Source: Styela clava
Taxonomy: Eukaryota
NCBI RefSeq assembly: GCF_964204865.1
Contig: NC_135258.1
Location: 8,866,001-8,930,000, forward strand
Reading direction: 5' to 3'
Length of the DNA: 64,000 nt
Made by a program: the position numbers and the translations under genes. Positions 14,643 through 26,206 of the stretch are shown piece after piece. The notes under the pieces were generated by a model. It had not been told where the DNA came from. It worked only from the letters and a program-made list of their open reading frames with translations, and searched no databases. The number at the start of each line of letters is the position of its first letter. The stretch's first letter is position 1.

Positions 14643-14751
14643 CGTAACCAATGAGGTTTATCCGAGGTGCGATTATTGCTAGTTGAAAACTATTACCCTG
14701 GTGATACAAACGCGTCGCCTGTGGCAATTTCTGAAGGTTTCTGCGAAACCT
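14643..14751 (+). pseudogene. U4: U4 snRNA pseudogene, about 21 nt missing at the 5' end plus an internal deletion
   Basis: CGTAACCAATGAGGTTTATCCGAGGTGCGATTATTGCTAGTTGAAAACTATTACC is identical to the intact copy. Sm site and terminal hairpin are retained, and a PSE-like block lies upstream. Confidence 0.85.
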
Positions 14752-14887
14752 ATCCTTTTACAAAATTGAGTTGCGACCAGCAGTATAGGTTGTACTAATC
14801 TATAAAGGTCCGCGAATTTACAAAACCTAACCTTCGATGTGAGCACGAGGCAGACGTTTATTTGTTCTTTTCTCGAGCTATGCAAAG

Positions 14888-15052
14888 CCAGTCAGTCAGT
14901 CAATCGTTTATTTGTCGTCACAAAAAAACAAATGCACAAAGATTGTTACAGAAAATATATAAAGCAGTAACGTTAATTGTGCGACAGGGGTCGAGAGGAA
15001 GCTCCTTAGGTCTTCAAGTAGCGACACCTATGGTATTGTTACTGGTTCAGTG
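14888..15052 (-). mobile_element. 3' end of an L2/CR1-type LINE or derived SINE
   Basis: Short tetranucleotide tail (CAGT)n next to CGTTTATT, and similarity to 26038-26206 (GACAGG.GTCG.GAGG...GGTCTTC.AG.AGCGACACC...CTGGTTCAG). Family assignment is inference. Confidence 0.5.
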
Positions 15053-15880
15053 TAAAAAATACAGACATTGACTATGCAATAGCCATGAGTGTGAACATAT
15101 CTTGACTATACCTCCAATATTTTGGGAACTTGAGAGCGAGCGCAACATTGGTAAGATATCTAATAAAATCAGTAAAAGCTATTACTAGATTGTTAACGGC
15201 TAAACTTCATAACATCTCTGTACGTGTTCACACAACTGGCGTGAGGAATTTGAAGTAATTGAATGTATGTTCCTGGTTCAGCATTGCTCGAATGAAATAA
15301 ATATAACCACTAAGCATATAGTAAATAAGATAACTTTAGATAAATTTTTATCACGCGACTAACTGTTCATCTCGACCTTGCTCCAACACGAATTGAAATA
15401 TTGATTCATCGTTACAGTAAAAAAACGCAAAGACAATTTAACTCAAAACAAAAAATGTTATATTAACATGTGTGAGGTAATGTCTGATTAAATCCTATTT
15501 ATGAATATTTAGGCGTGGAGAGTTTTAATGACACGACACGATAGTTCAGGTTTACTCGTTTCTTACTTTACCAACGATTACTGGTGGACTTGAGGAGGAA
15601 GGAAGGAAGTGAGAAGGAACACGAACGTATGGATAAATGGAATATTTGATAAATCGTTTCTGTGTTGAAATATTCACCAACGCTAATAACCTACTGATAA
15701 ATCACCAAAAGGACTTCTCGCATGTAGAATATTTTTATTTAAAAATTCTACTTGCCCGACAACAATTGTACATTTATCAATTATGGGAAAGCTTATTGCA
15801 AATTCTATTATTAGAAAGGTTAAAACATTTTTTGGCAAATTTTTCTCAATACTATTGCTAACCAAGCTATTTGTCTAGTT

Positions 15881-16677
15881 CAGTGGTTTTCAACCTTTTA
15901 CTGACCACTTTAATGTTTTTTTACTCTGGCCGCGTACCACTGAAAAAGCCATTTTTGGCGCGGAGAACAATGGCACAAGACACGCGCTATGGAAGTATTT
16001 CATAACGTGGCACAAGGACCTAATTCGCAGGACGGACGAAAACATGCCCATCTCAATCCGTTCGTGGACAATAGCAGGCGAGGGCGATCTCTAAAGACTG
16101 GACTGATTCATAAGACGTTTCCCCGACCCTTGACCCCAGAAAAAATCTTCCTATACTTCACTATTGCAAATTTTTTTTTCTTATTTTGAGAGTGTTTTGA
16201 TGTGTTGGCGCTTATAAACTGGTTTACGTGTTTGAAAGCCTTCTTTTTTATTAAAATTAATCAACCATGTGCCGCTTACAGGCACTGATAGTTTAGTTTA
16301 TATTAGTCTATCGCAGCATTTGCGAGACTCATTTTTTATTACCAAAACTAAATTAATGCTCCTTCGAAAACATAATTTGACAATTAAGATATTTAATTCA
16401 CTATTTTTTTTTTGAAACGCAACTGAAAACTGACAAATAACACGCAAAACTACAAAAACGAGGCAATGTTTACTGGTTGTTGCTGGTTACGGAATTGAAC
16501 AAGGAAATTCATGCACGGAGGAACATTCATAAAGGTCGTTCAGCAAATACAATCAGTATAGTAGATAAAGCGTTGTCGGCATATTTTGGCCAACTCAAAA
16601 GTTAATTGTTGCAATAATTCAAAGCTGCTCGCGTACCCCTTGATCAACTTCCGCGTACCACAAGTTGAGAACCACTG
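15881..16677. mobile_element. Non-autonomous hAT element
   Basis: TIRs CAGTGGTTTTCAAC / GTTGAGAACCACTG, perfect 8-bp TSD GTCTAGTT (15873-15880 and 16678-16685). Confidence 0.88.
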
Positions 16678-17061
16678 GTCTAGTTGAACGGATTTTCAAT
16701 TTTACTTTGAGTTTGTCATCATTCGAAGTGAATATGAAATCAAATTGCTTTAAGTCTAAATGACATCTTGATCAGTATTTTTCTATCTTCTGTTTCCAGC
16801 TTATTATACTCTGATGCTAATCGGAAACAACTCCATGATCTTCCTGAAATTCAAAATACGATTGGTTTCTTTGTGGTGGGCTTGAATGAGTTCATGCTGT
16901 AATCTGTTGTCAATTTTGTGATATTAAATAATTTATTACAAAAGGCGATTGTGGGAATTTTAATTTATATCAAAACGTGACAATTATGTGCGTTTTTTCG
17001 AGTCACCACAAATGATGGAGTTCATTTTCACTCCTTTAAAGCTTTTTCCTTCAAAATCGAT

Positions 17062-17074
17062 AGCTTTGCGCAGT
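17062..17074 (+). pseudogene. U4: U4 snRNA relic: promoter plus first 13 nt only
   Basis: AGCTTTGCGCAGT lies 59 nt downstream of a PSE-like TCACC, then similarity ends. Confidence 0.7.
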
Positions 17075-17232
17075 TGAAGTTTTATGAATGATATTGGATA
17101 ACTTTTTAAAAAAGGGAGAACACATGAATTTTAGTTTATATAAATATGTGGCAATTATGTGCGTATTCTCGAGTCACCACAAATGGTAGAATTCATTTTA
17201 AGTACTATAGGAACTTTTCCTCCTGAATCGGT

Positions 17233-17307
17233 AGCTTTGCGCAGTGGCAGTATCGTAACCAATGAGGTTTAATGAGGAAAAAAAAAAAAAAAAACCAATG
17301 AGGTTTA
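17233..17307 (+). pseudogene. U4: U4 snRNA gene interrupted after nt 39 by retrotransposon insertion(s)
   Basis: U4 nt 1-39 (17233-17271), then ATGAGG + A17, then a repeat of (AA)CCAATGAGGTTTA, then the LINE 5' UTR. Confidence 0.9.
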
Positions 17308-17428
17308 TTGGTGTAATTGGCTGTATCGAGCTAGTTGTTTGATTAAGATGAACATTTGCTATTGTTATTATCTATTGGAACACTTTGGATTGTAAACTAT
17401 ATGGAATATACATTCGTGGATACTAAAA

Positions 17429-18848
17429 ATGGATTACTCCGCAGCTCTTACAGGATCAATGGGGATTACAGGTAATCGCCCTCGATCGGTTGTCACAGAG
17501 GTGAGTGATTCGGTTCCATTACATTTGAACCCACGTACATTTGAACCCATGACAATTGCACCTGTATGCTATTGCACCTATGGATTTTTTTTTGGTTCAC
17601 GGATAGTTAAACCCATACTAACCCTAACCCATGGGTTTTAGCACCCGCATATAGATTGAACCCGTGGATATACGCATGTGTTCAAATGTACGTGGGTTCA
17701 AATGTACGGTCACCGAGTGATTCTATTGATATAAACCGATTTCTCTACATCTTGGGAGAAAACCTTGTAACAAAAAGATATGTCGAACAACTGTCAGGAA
17801 TTTTTGAAACTAGGCCGAAAATTTGGTTGATATCTTTCAAACAGTTGAATCCAACAAATCCAAGTGATTCAGTTAGAGACAAATTTATTGTAGAAACGCA
17901 AAATGGCATTAACGTAGATGATACAATAGTACGCTTTTTTCTACCCACAAAACCTTCAACAAGAATCAGCATTCGCGATGTGCCAGACGAATCACGACCA
18001 CAAGTCGTCCTTGAAGCTCTGAACAAGGCTGAATGCGGAAAAATTAAAAGCATGACCAAACTATACTACCGAAACACTCAACTATTCAACGGATATATAG
18101 CTGTATGGATAGATGGTTTTAAACAGAAAAAATTGCCCCCCTTTCTTGTCATTGACAAAGCTAGGTGCAAAGCCTACGTATCCACCGAGCTGTACAATCC
18201 AACGTGCATGAACTGTCTTAATCCTGGTCATAATGCAAGAAATTGCCGAAATAAAACAAAAATGTAGATCATGCAAAAGTGCCACGTTCAGGCAAATTGC
18301 CCCCTAAAATCCAAGGTAAGACCGAATAATATGGAATCGTGGCTTAAGGAATCAATATCTACAAAACCTGGGATAGTATCATATGTAGAAGAAAAAAAGA
18401 CGCAGCACCAAACAATAACACCATACCAGAAATAGGAGATAATCAAATTGCAGAGGCAGTGCTCCCAACTTCTCACTTCGACACAATACCTGATACGGAT
18501 TTGTTATACGAAGAAGTAAAAGATTGGTTTCTATCAAAAGACAATAGGATAACAACACCCCAAAAGCGCACGTCACCTCGCAAAACAGTACCGAAACATA
18601 AATTAAAACCTACATCTACAATAGGGAACACTCCAATTGGACCCCCAGTAATTGGCAAATCGTATATAAACATGGTAATTAACGACCTAGAGAATCCAAA
18701 TAGCACGTATGAAACTGACCCATCACAAACACTCACACTTGAGCCTACTATTAGCAAAACCGAAAAACAGATTGGAAAACGGGAAAGAGAAAATACCTCT
18801 TCGTCGACAACATCGATAATATCACCCTCACCAAGACCCAACATATGA
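17429..18848 (+). pseudogene. LINE ORF1 (gag-like CCHC zinc-knuckle protein), disrupted
   Basis: ORF fragments 17429-17641, 17656-18267 and 18459-18848. The first two join in frame once the 17512-17714 MITE and one TSD copy are removed. Confidence 0.8.
17512..17714. mobile_element. MITE inserted in LINE ORF1
   Basis: About 35-bp TIRs GGTTCCATTACATTTGAACCCACGTACATTTGAAC / GTTCAAATGTACGTGGGTTCAAATGTACGGTCACC, 9-bp TSD GAGTGATTC, internal CTAACCCTAACCC. Confidence 0.88.
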
Positions 18849-20801
18849 CTGAAACTCCATCACAATTAAAAATAATCTCACTGAACGTAAACGGACTAGA
18901 AAAAAATTGGAAAAAACTAAAAATCTTCATAACTTACCACAACCCAGACATTATTGCTTTACAAGAAGTCCACAGAGTTAAAAGCAACGTTTTCGAGAAA
19001 CGACTTAAAACATGGGGTACAGATTATTTATTAACTCACTGACCGACTTCGATAAAAGGGATGACCAAAGATTCTTCCAAGGCACCGCCACTGCAGTAAG
19101 AGAAAACCTATGTGCAACGCACAGCCTTGAATATGTAATATTCATACCTTGTAAAGCGTGATCGACATCAATGACGAACTTACAAACCAAAGACAAGCTA
19201 TCTCTAGTAAATGTTTATGCACCTCCCAGAAGAGGCGACAGAAAAACTAGAATGTTCTGCAAAAAGCTGATAAACTTTGTGAGAGAGATCAAGCATATTC
19301 CAATTTAACATGGTTCACCAAAAATAGACGTCAGCAACGAAAACTCATTTACACTAGGGAACCCAGAAAGAAAATGGAAAGACTTTATACAAGCTTACAA
19401 CTACATAGACACCTATAGATATCACTGGCCCGATAAAAGATTATATACAATTACCAGGAGGAGACAATCCCGACGAATAGATCGAATATATATTCCGTAC
19501 AACATTAGTCATGAATTAAAAAATACAGAATATTTAGTAAACACCGTTTCAGACCACCACTTGGCATCGCATATCACTTTCAAAAATATTAAGCAAGTTA
19601 AATGGGGATGGGGAACCTAGAAAAACAATACTGCTCATTTTAAGAATGAAAAAGTCAGATTTTTGATAAAAGAGATATACAAAAAAGAAAAACAGTTCAA
19701 CATCAAACCAAGAAATATATTTACTCAATAAAAACCTGCAGCAAGTAGAAAAAAAAAGTGACGTTCAAACAAAAAACAGCAAAAATCAAAGCATTAGAAC
19801 AAAACGAAAGACCAACTAAATATTTCTTTGACAAATTGAAAACTAGAAGACGGAAAACTACTATAGACAGCCTCCAAAACAAAGAAGGAAAGTATTTGAA
19901 AACAAAAAATGAAATACTGGATGAAGCGCAAAAATTTTACCAAACATTATGGAAACAAACGTAAGTAGGGGAGGAAAAAAGAATGGGGGAGTATCTCAAA
20001 ATATATGGAGAAACCATGCTTAGCACTGAGGAAAAAGAAGGAAGAACTATTCAGAACACTGAAACAAATGGACAATTTCAAAACTCCGGGACCAGATGGG
20101 TTATCAAAGGAATTTTACCTTGAATTCTGGGAAATTCTAAAGAATGACCTGCACCAGCTAGTAAACAATGCTATCGCTTTCGACACATTACCCAAAAGTA
20201 GCAAAGAATCGATAGTCACCCTTATCTTTAAAAAAGGAAACTCAAATCACCTAGCAAATTACCGGCCCATATCAAACTTAAATGTAGATTTTAAACTGAT
20301 ATCAAAAATAATAGCTAACCGATTGAAACTTATCTTGGATAAATATATAATGCCAACACAAAAAAGCGCGATTCCCAACCGATCCATATTTGATAGCTTA
20401 CGAAATATTCAAGAAATATGGAATTATACAACAAAATGGAACCTACCTTTATATATAATCAGTTTCGATCAGGAAAAAGCTTTTAATATGGTTAACCAAC
20501 GTTTTTTATTCAAAACCATGACTAAACTAAACTTCAACAAAAATATTATTAAGTTAATCAAAGAAATGTACAATTGTATATACAGCAGAATACAAATTAA
20601 CGGAGCTAAAACCAATAAAATCTTTTTGACCAGGGGAATTAGACAAGGCTGTCCTGCCCATTGAGCATGGCAATGTACACCTTAGCCATGACCCATTGGC
20701 AAGAAAAATCATCGCGAACCAAAAGATAAAAGGATTCAGTATCGGGAAATACAAAACCGTAATTGATCAATTTAGAGACGACAATACAACATACGCGCGA
20801 G
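18845..20801 (+). pseudogene. LINE ORF2 (AP endonuclease + reverse transcriptase), disrupted and truncated
   Basis: ORF fragments 18845-19042, 19758-19964 and 20005-20664 carry EN and RT motifs. Homology ends just after the catalytic-site motif. Confidence 0.9.
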
Positions 20802-21037
20802 GGGGCTTCCGAAGTATGCGAACCAAGATGGCGGACATCGTAATGTAACATGTGTACTAGGTTAGGTTTAGGCCATAATTTTAGGTATGAATACTACGGG
20901 AGGCTCTTGGCTAGTCTTCGAACTGATAATAGGACTAAAATAAGGAAAATTGGAAAAAAATTATCGCCTAACCCTAACCTGTTACCCATGTTACGTTCCG
21001 ATGTCCGCCATCTTGGTTCGCATACTTCGGGAGCACC
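20802..21037. mobile_element. MITE with GG-initiated TIRs and 8-bp TSD (Merlin-like signature)
   Basis: TIRs of 40 bp or more, GGGGCTTCCGAAGTATGCGAACCAAGATGGCGGACATCG / CGATGTCCGCCATCTTGGTTCGCATACTTCGGGAGCACC. TSD CGCGCGAG (20794-20801 and 21038-21045). Confidence 0.88.
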
Positions 21038-21472
21038 CGCGCGAGACATTTGGAATATTTGATAAATCGTTTGCGTGTTGGAATATTTACTATGACTAAT
21101 AACCTACTGACAAATCACCAAAAAGATTTCTCGCTTATAGAATATTTTATTCAAAAATTCGACTTGCCCGACAATTTCTTCTCACAATTGTACATTTGCA
21201 ACAAAATCAAAATTACAACTCAATGTTACTTTCGCAAAGTTTCGAAGTCACGATGAAGCGAATTTATGCCACGGCATACGATTTATTTCGTTGTTTATTC
21301 ATTTTTTGTTCCAAGCTTAACCGGTGCAAAAATTCCCGTATGAATACAATTATATATCAGAATTGGGATCAACAAAAATACTTTGTTGACATAAATCAAT
21401 GTTTGTCTCTTTTCATATACATAAGCAGAGCTTTTAGTGATGGTAGCAAAATAGGAGAATGGTTTAATTTGA

Positions 21473-24324
21473 TTATTTGCAAATGTATTTAGGAACCAAT
21501 CTATCACACTTGCACTCCAAGCCATTGATTGACACACAATCACACCTGCTTTGTCTCACTTTGATCAACTTTGTTCTGTAACCGCGACCGCAACATAGAT
21601 GCTCACAACTTCCGGGTCCAGTTCTGGTTACGTTACATTCTCTAGAACGTGTCCCGACAATACCAGCTTCTACATTTTCAATACAATAATCAGGAGATGC
21701 TGAGAGATACACAAGTTGGGAATTGTTGAGTGATATTTCTACCTCCCCGTGAAAAATTTCACGACCGGAAATCTCTATTTTGCATCCAACAAGATTTTAA
21801 GCCATTGTCTTTTCCATAATACCTGCACATTCGTTTTGATGTCTTCACCACTGTCTGTACAGAAAAATGAAGTTTTGTTCATCACATTTATATTTAATAA
21901 GTTCAAAGAATGAAATATTATCTTGTTAAAATTTGATAAAAATTAAGTAATTCAGTATTTATATGAAAAACATTTCAGAAGATCAGAGTTCTGTTTAAAA
22001 TTCGTTACAATTAACTTTTAATTTTCAAAATCCTATTGAATAAAAAGAGTAAAGAGCGTCTCACCAGTCTTCCTACTTTATTGTTATGAGCAAACATCAA
22101 TTGCTTTGGGTCAAGTTCTCGCATCTTTCTTTTTCCATCGAGAAAATATTTTACCAAATTGCTCACAAATCCGCTATATGAAGCGTATGTAGTCTACAAA
22201 AAATAAAATTTATGATAAGCTTATATAATTTTCAAAGTACAATAGGTGCAATTAGACTTGTGAAAATAAACACAATACCTTGGGGTACATTTTTCTTTTG
22301 AGTCGAATGAAATGTAAATTTTAACAAAAATTAAATATGATTTCAGGACGCCTATAATATTCATGTTGAAGGGAAATTTTCAATAATGAATCCGAGAACC
22401 TTGTTTTACCAAATATGCAACATTAGGGTGTAGCAATCAATTGTACCCAGCATTCGAAATTATATGCTATGGAAGTAATTTTATTTTTAACGTAATAATC
22501 ATAATCGATCACAATTGATATGATCCGTTTTCAAAAGATGTACAGTTTTATTAATTGATAACAATATGTTATATCATCCTCAAATATCTTACCAAATTTC
22601 CAGTGTAATTTGCAATTTCCGAATGCGGACAAAATTTGTTGTAAGGAAGAAGAAAGTCCTCACATGCCCTTGAAATAGAATGCACAACGCCAGCAGCAGT
22701 TATTGCTTGAGCGAATGCCATTTCTCTTGTACCTAAATAGAATGTTCACTAAATTTCAGAGTGACAACCAAATCACTTAAATGTCTCAGAGATCCACACA
22801 CTACAAATCCAAAACTCTACTGATATTAAATAAATATGATCTGGTGGTGGCTGTGGTGTCTAACGATGAACAATAACTCATTTAATCCTGAAGATATTAA
22901 TAAGATGATGAGCCTTTGAGTACGATGATACATGATTTGTAGCAAACATTGAATGCACCGTCTACTGTTCGAGCAAAATGCATTCAGCATTGATTATTGA
23001 AAAAGCAATACGACGAGTTACCAGGATCTAATACGCAATCAAACCTTAAGATTTTAAATAAAGAAAAGCAAAAAAAAGAGGAAAATATTTTACGCGAATC
23101 TGCGAATGTTCCAAAAATTGCTTTGTTCTTCACTGACGGACACTTCCAGCGATTGTTACGGAATTGATATTGACATTCAGAAATTCCGTTTCTCGCTCCC
23201 TCGCTTACATATTTCATGAGGGGTTTTCTTTTTCGCACCATTTTCTTTGATAGTTGGTAAATCTATCCATTAGATGACAATTTGGAACATCACTTTTCAG
23301 CATATCGTAAACAGAATCTTGAGCCACAGACCTGTACAAAGCAATGTATTATTGAAAAATTAGAAATCGAACAAAATGACATTAAAAATCGGATGTATTC
23401 CGTCGTATGGAGTTTATTTCCAATCACATAGAATTTAGAAGGAATTATAATTACTTCGAATAAGATCTTGCATTGTCAATAATAGGATTCATTATCCAAA
23501 ATTTAAAACAAAGGAAGAAACGCTCTATTTTTTTGTTATTATTGGACATGTTTAGTGGACATACGATCATTTCAATATTTTGTTGTTGTTCTTGTTAATT
23601 TTCGTCTTCATCATTATAAAATCGCTTTTCTATTCGACTACTGGACCAATTGCTTTGAAATTTTCAGTGAGTAAAGATTATATTTTTCGTTAGAAGGCTA
23701 TTACTTTCATTTATCGTTTTTGTGTGCTATGACGCCAACAAAATTTGCCAATATGTGGCGCAACGTGTCCATATATTTGAGCTCTGCTCTCTTGTTTGAT
23801 ATGTTATTAGACCCACAGAGTAGAGTGCGACATGCATGTTTCCCAACCGGGCAGGAATAACTCCTCATTTGCCATTGTTGTGGAGGAATTGTGTTTTGTA
23901 TTTGCTGTGGTATCATTGGTTTTCTTCAGTTCATAATTAATATAATATTTATGCCCACATTATAAACTACTTAAATTTTACAAAGGCAACTTGCGTACAA
24001 CCCTAGCTTAATACCCATTAATAATTGAATAAATGAATATTTTTATGTAGTGTGAGGGAGAAATAACAATTTAAAAGCAGGAGAAATTTGACAATAAAGG
24101 TCGGAAAGCACTGCGGTAATGCTATCCAAAATGAATAAATGTTTAATTATATATATATCATTTAGTATTAAATAGATTTTTGTCGGCGGTATTTTCAAAT
24201 ATAATACAGTTATTTGTCCATGAAAAAAAGCTTACCACCAACGGTCGTACACTCCGCTGCTCAAAATCAGGGGGAAGATGAGAACACATAGCAGGAAAAA
24301 ATAATTTTTGTTGGAATTTCCCAT
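21473..24324 (-). pseudogene. Wnt: Divergent Wnt-family gene copy A, 5 exons, two frameshifts
   Basis: Exons 24324-24236 (signal peptide ...YDRWW), 23331-23094 (ECQYQFRNNRWKC), 22732-22593 (TREMAFAQAITAAGVVHSISRAC), 22193-22065 (HNNKVGR), 21854-21473 (SPDYC...CCGRGY). Exon 2 is 238 nt against 239 nt in copy C (1-nt loss near 23225). Exon 5 has a frameshifting deletion near 21765. Confidence 0.85.
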
Positions 24325-26037
24325 CGTTTTTCGACCACCCTATCTCCTTAAGAAAAATCCTATAATTTGGTGAGAATAGCACAAGATCGAATATCATAAT
24401 TTTTATGTTTTATATTGCAAATACGTTTTTAGTGACAAATTCTATGTTTAAACTGTTCCAAAGCGTCAAGATAACATAATTCCATTGTTTAGCACTAAGC
24501 ATTTGTAGTTGCATGCAGTGTCGAGTTCTCAATTTCGAATAAAATTTTAGGATGGGTTTGGGAAGAAGTTTAAAACCAGTAAATGAACTATTTGTTTAAA
24601 ACATTATTCTGGTCATCAGTTGACAATAAACCTCGAGCGTTTCGTCGCGGATAGTCCGATATCCTCCTTATCTGTCGTTAAATCATTAGAAGTTTAACCG
24701 AAACGATTTATCTACCGATTGTTACACATCTCATTTATTTGCCTATGTAAAGTACGAACTCTCCTTTGATTGGGATACCTATAACATTTTCTAAGCTCTT
24801 GCTTTGCTAAGGCTGACCGAGACCTTCAAAATCACTATATGTTTTTATCCAGAAGATTTAATCCATATGTTCATTCTATTCCTATATGCCGATCACTCAT
24901 GTTAATCATCAATATACTGCGATTTTCTTATACCTTCCCTTCTACTTCCATCACTACCTATCTTTAGAAAAACCTGCTCATAATGTATAAATTCTCCTAA
25001 GTGTTGTTATTAATGTTGCTAATATTTGAATGATGTTATTTATCTACTGTAACTACATTAATATCTGGTGTTTAAGGATATGTAATACTACCCAATCTTT
25101 TTTTCACGAATATATCTAGCAATTTGTATGAGATATGGAAATATGCCACAATCATATTTTTGCAGCAATCACGTAACTCGACTTCGATTATTTCCGCAAA
25201 GAGATTTATTTTTCTGCTGAGCTTTTAAGCATACTCGTTTCAGGTTCACTCAATAAAAATATTATATGTTAGGAAGTCGATCTAAAAATTATCACGTCAA
25301 TTGTATATGTCCCAAACATAGTGATGCAAAATAGGTATTGCTTTTTTACTTTCATTTTTCCAATTATTGGCGATATTGCTTCCTGTATCATTTTATAATT
25401 TTATTCTGCAAATATTATATAATTTTCGACATTGCTGGAAAAAATGGTGCTGAGTCAGAAAAACAAGGGAATTTTTAAAGGAAAAGTTTTGTTTGCAAAA
25501 TTTTCCTGTCGCGTTTTATTTCTAATATGAATCTGAAAACTGTAATAAGATTCGTTTCTTTTGTTTAACCCAATATAAATTGACTTTGCGTTGTTATTCT
25601 ACAAAAAATAAAAACAATTTAATTCTGACCTGAAAAGTAAAGATGACGGTAACAAAGGTCATATTCCAAAATAACCCAATTATCCAGATTTTCAAGGCTT
25701 CATTATTTTATGGCTATTTAAAGTAGCACGTGTTTAACTAGTGCTCCTTTCCCTCTGTCTTTGCGTTAGTTGATCCATATGCAGTGAATATGGCAAGAGT
25801 GAAAACGTCTATATTAAATAGTTCATTTCAATTTCCCAAATTTTCTTTCGTATTGCTTCGTCTGGCCTAAATCATACTTCCCCAGACAAGAAATTTAAAA
25901 CAGTTATGTTGGAAACATATAAGAAAATGTATACTATAATATTTCCATGTTTATGAGTTATGTTACTTTGCTTGGAAATGCAATGATGCACTGACGACTC
26001 AGTGATGCACAGACAATTTGTACTTTGACGATATACT

Positions 26038-26206
26038 AATCAATCAATCAATCATCGTTTATTCGTCAACACAATTAATATAAATATATCACGGAAATAT
26101 GACAAGATATAAAGTAAATGAAAAAAGACGAACTTCATATCTGTGACAGGAGTCGCGAGGGACCACGAAAGGTCTTCGAGCAGCGACACCCACGATGCTG
26201 GTTCAG
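26038..26206 (-). mobile_element. Second LINE/SINE 3'-end fragment, same family as 14888-15052
   Basis: (CAAT)n tail and a core shared with 14888-15052. Confidence 0.5.

Larger units (their letters stand above)
17308..20801 (+). mobile_element. Degenerate non-LTR retrotransposon, L1/Tx1-like, 3'-truncated
   Basis: ORF1 (17429-18848) carries a zinc knuckle CMNCLNPGHNARNC and a second frameshifted knuckle. ORF2 overlaps the ORF1 stop (ATGA at 18845). APE endonuclease motifs: IISLNVNGL, PDIIALQEVH, NVYAP, RIDRIY, SDH. Linker NERPTKYFF. RT motifs: KTPGPDGL, YRPISNLNVDFKLISK, DQEKAF, GIRQGCP, and FRDD (mutated YADD-type motif). Many stops and frameshifts. Confidence 0.93.

Noticed and set aside
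13740-17280. Repeated ~120-bp blocks as a CRISPR array or satellite
   Set aside because: They are duplicated U4 promoter regions in eukaryotic DNA, with no regular repeat-spacer structure and no cas genes.
17233-17310. U4-LINE chimeric retrocopy formed by template switching
   Set aside because: The U4 fragment keeps its genomic upstream promoter region, which a retrocopy of the RNA would lack. Insertion into a U4 gene fits better.
17618-17631. TAACCC repeats as interstitial telomere
   Set aside because: Only two units, and always inside MITEs.
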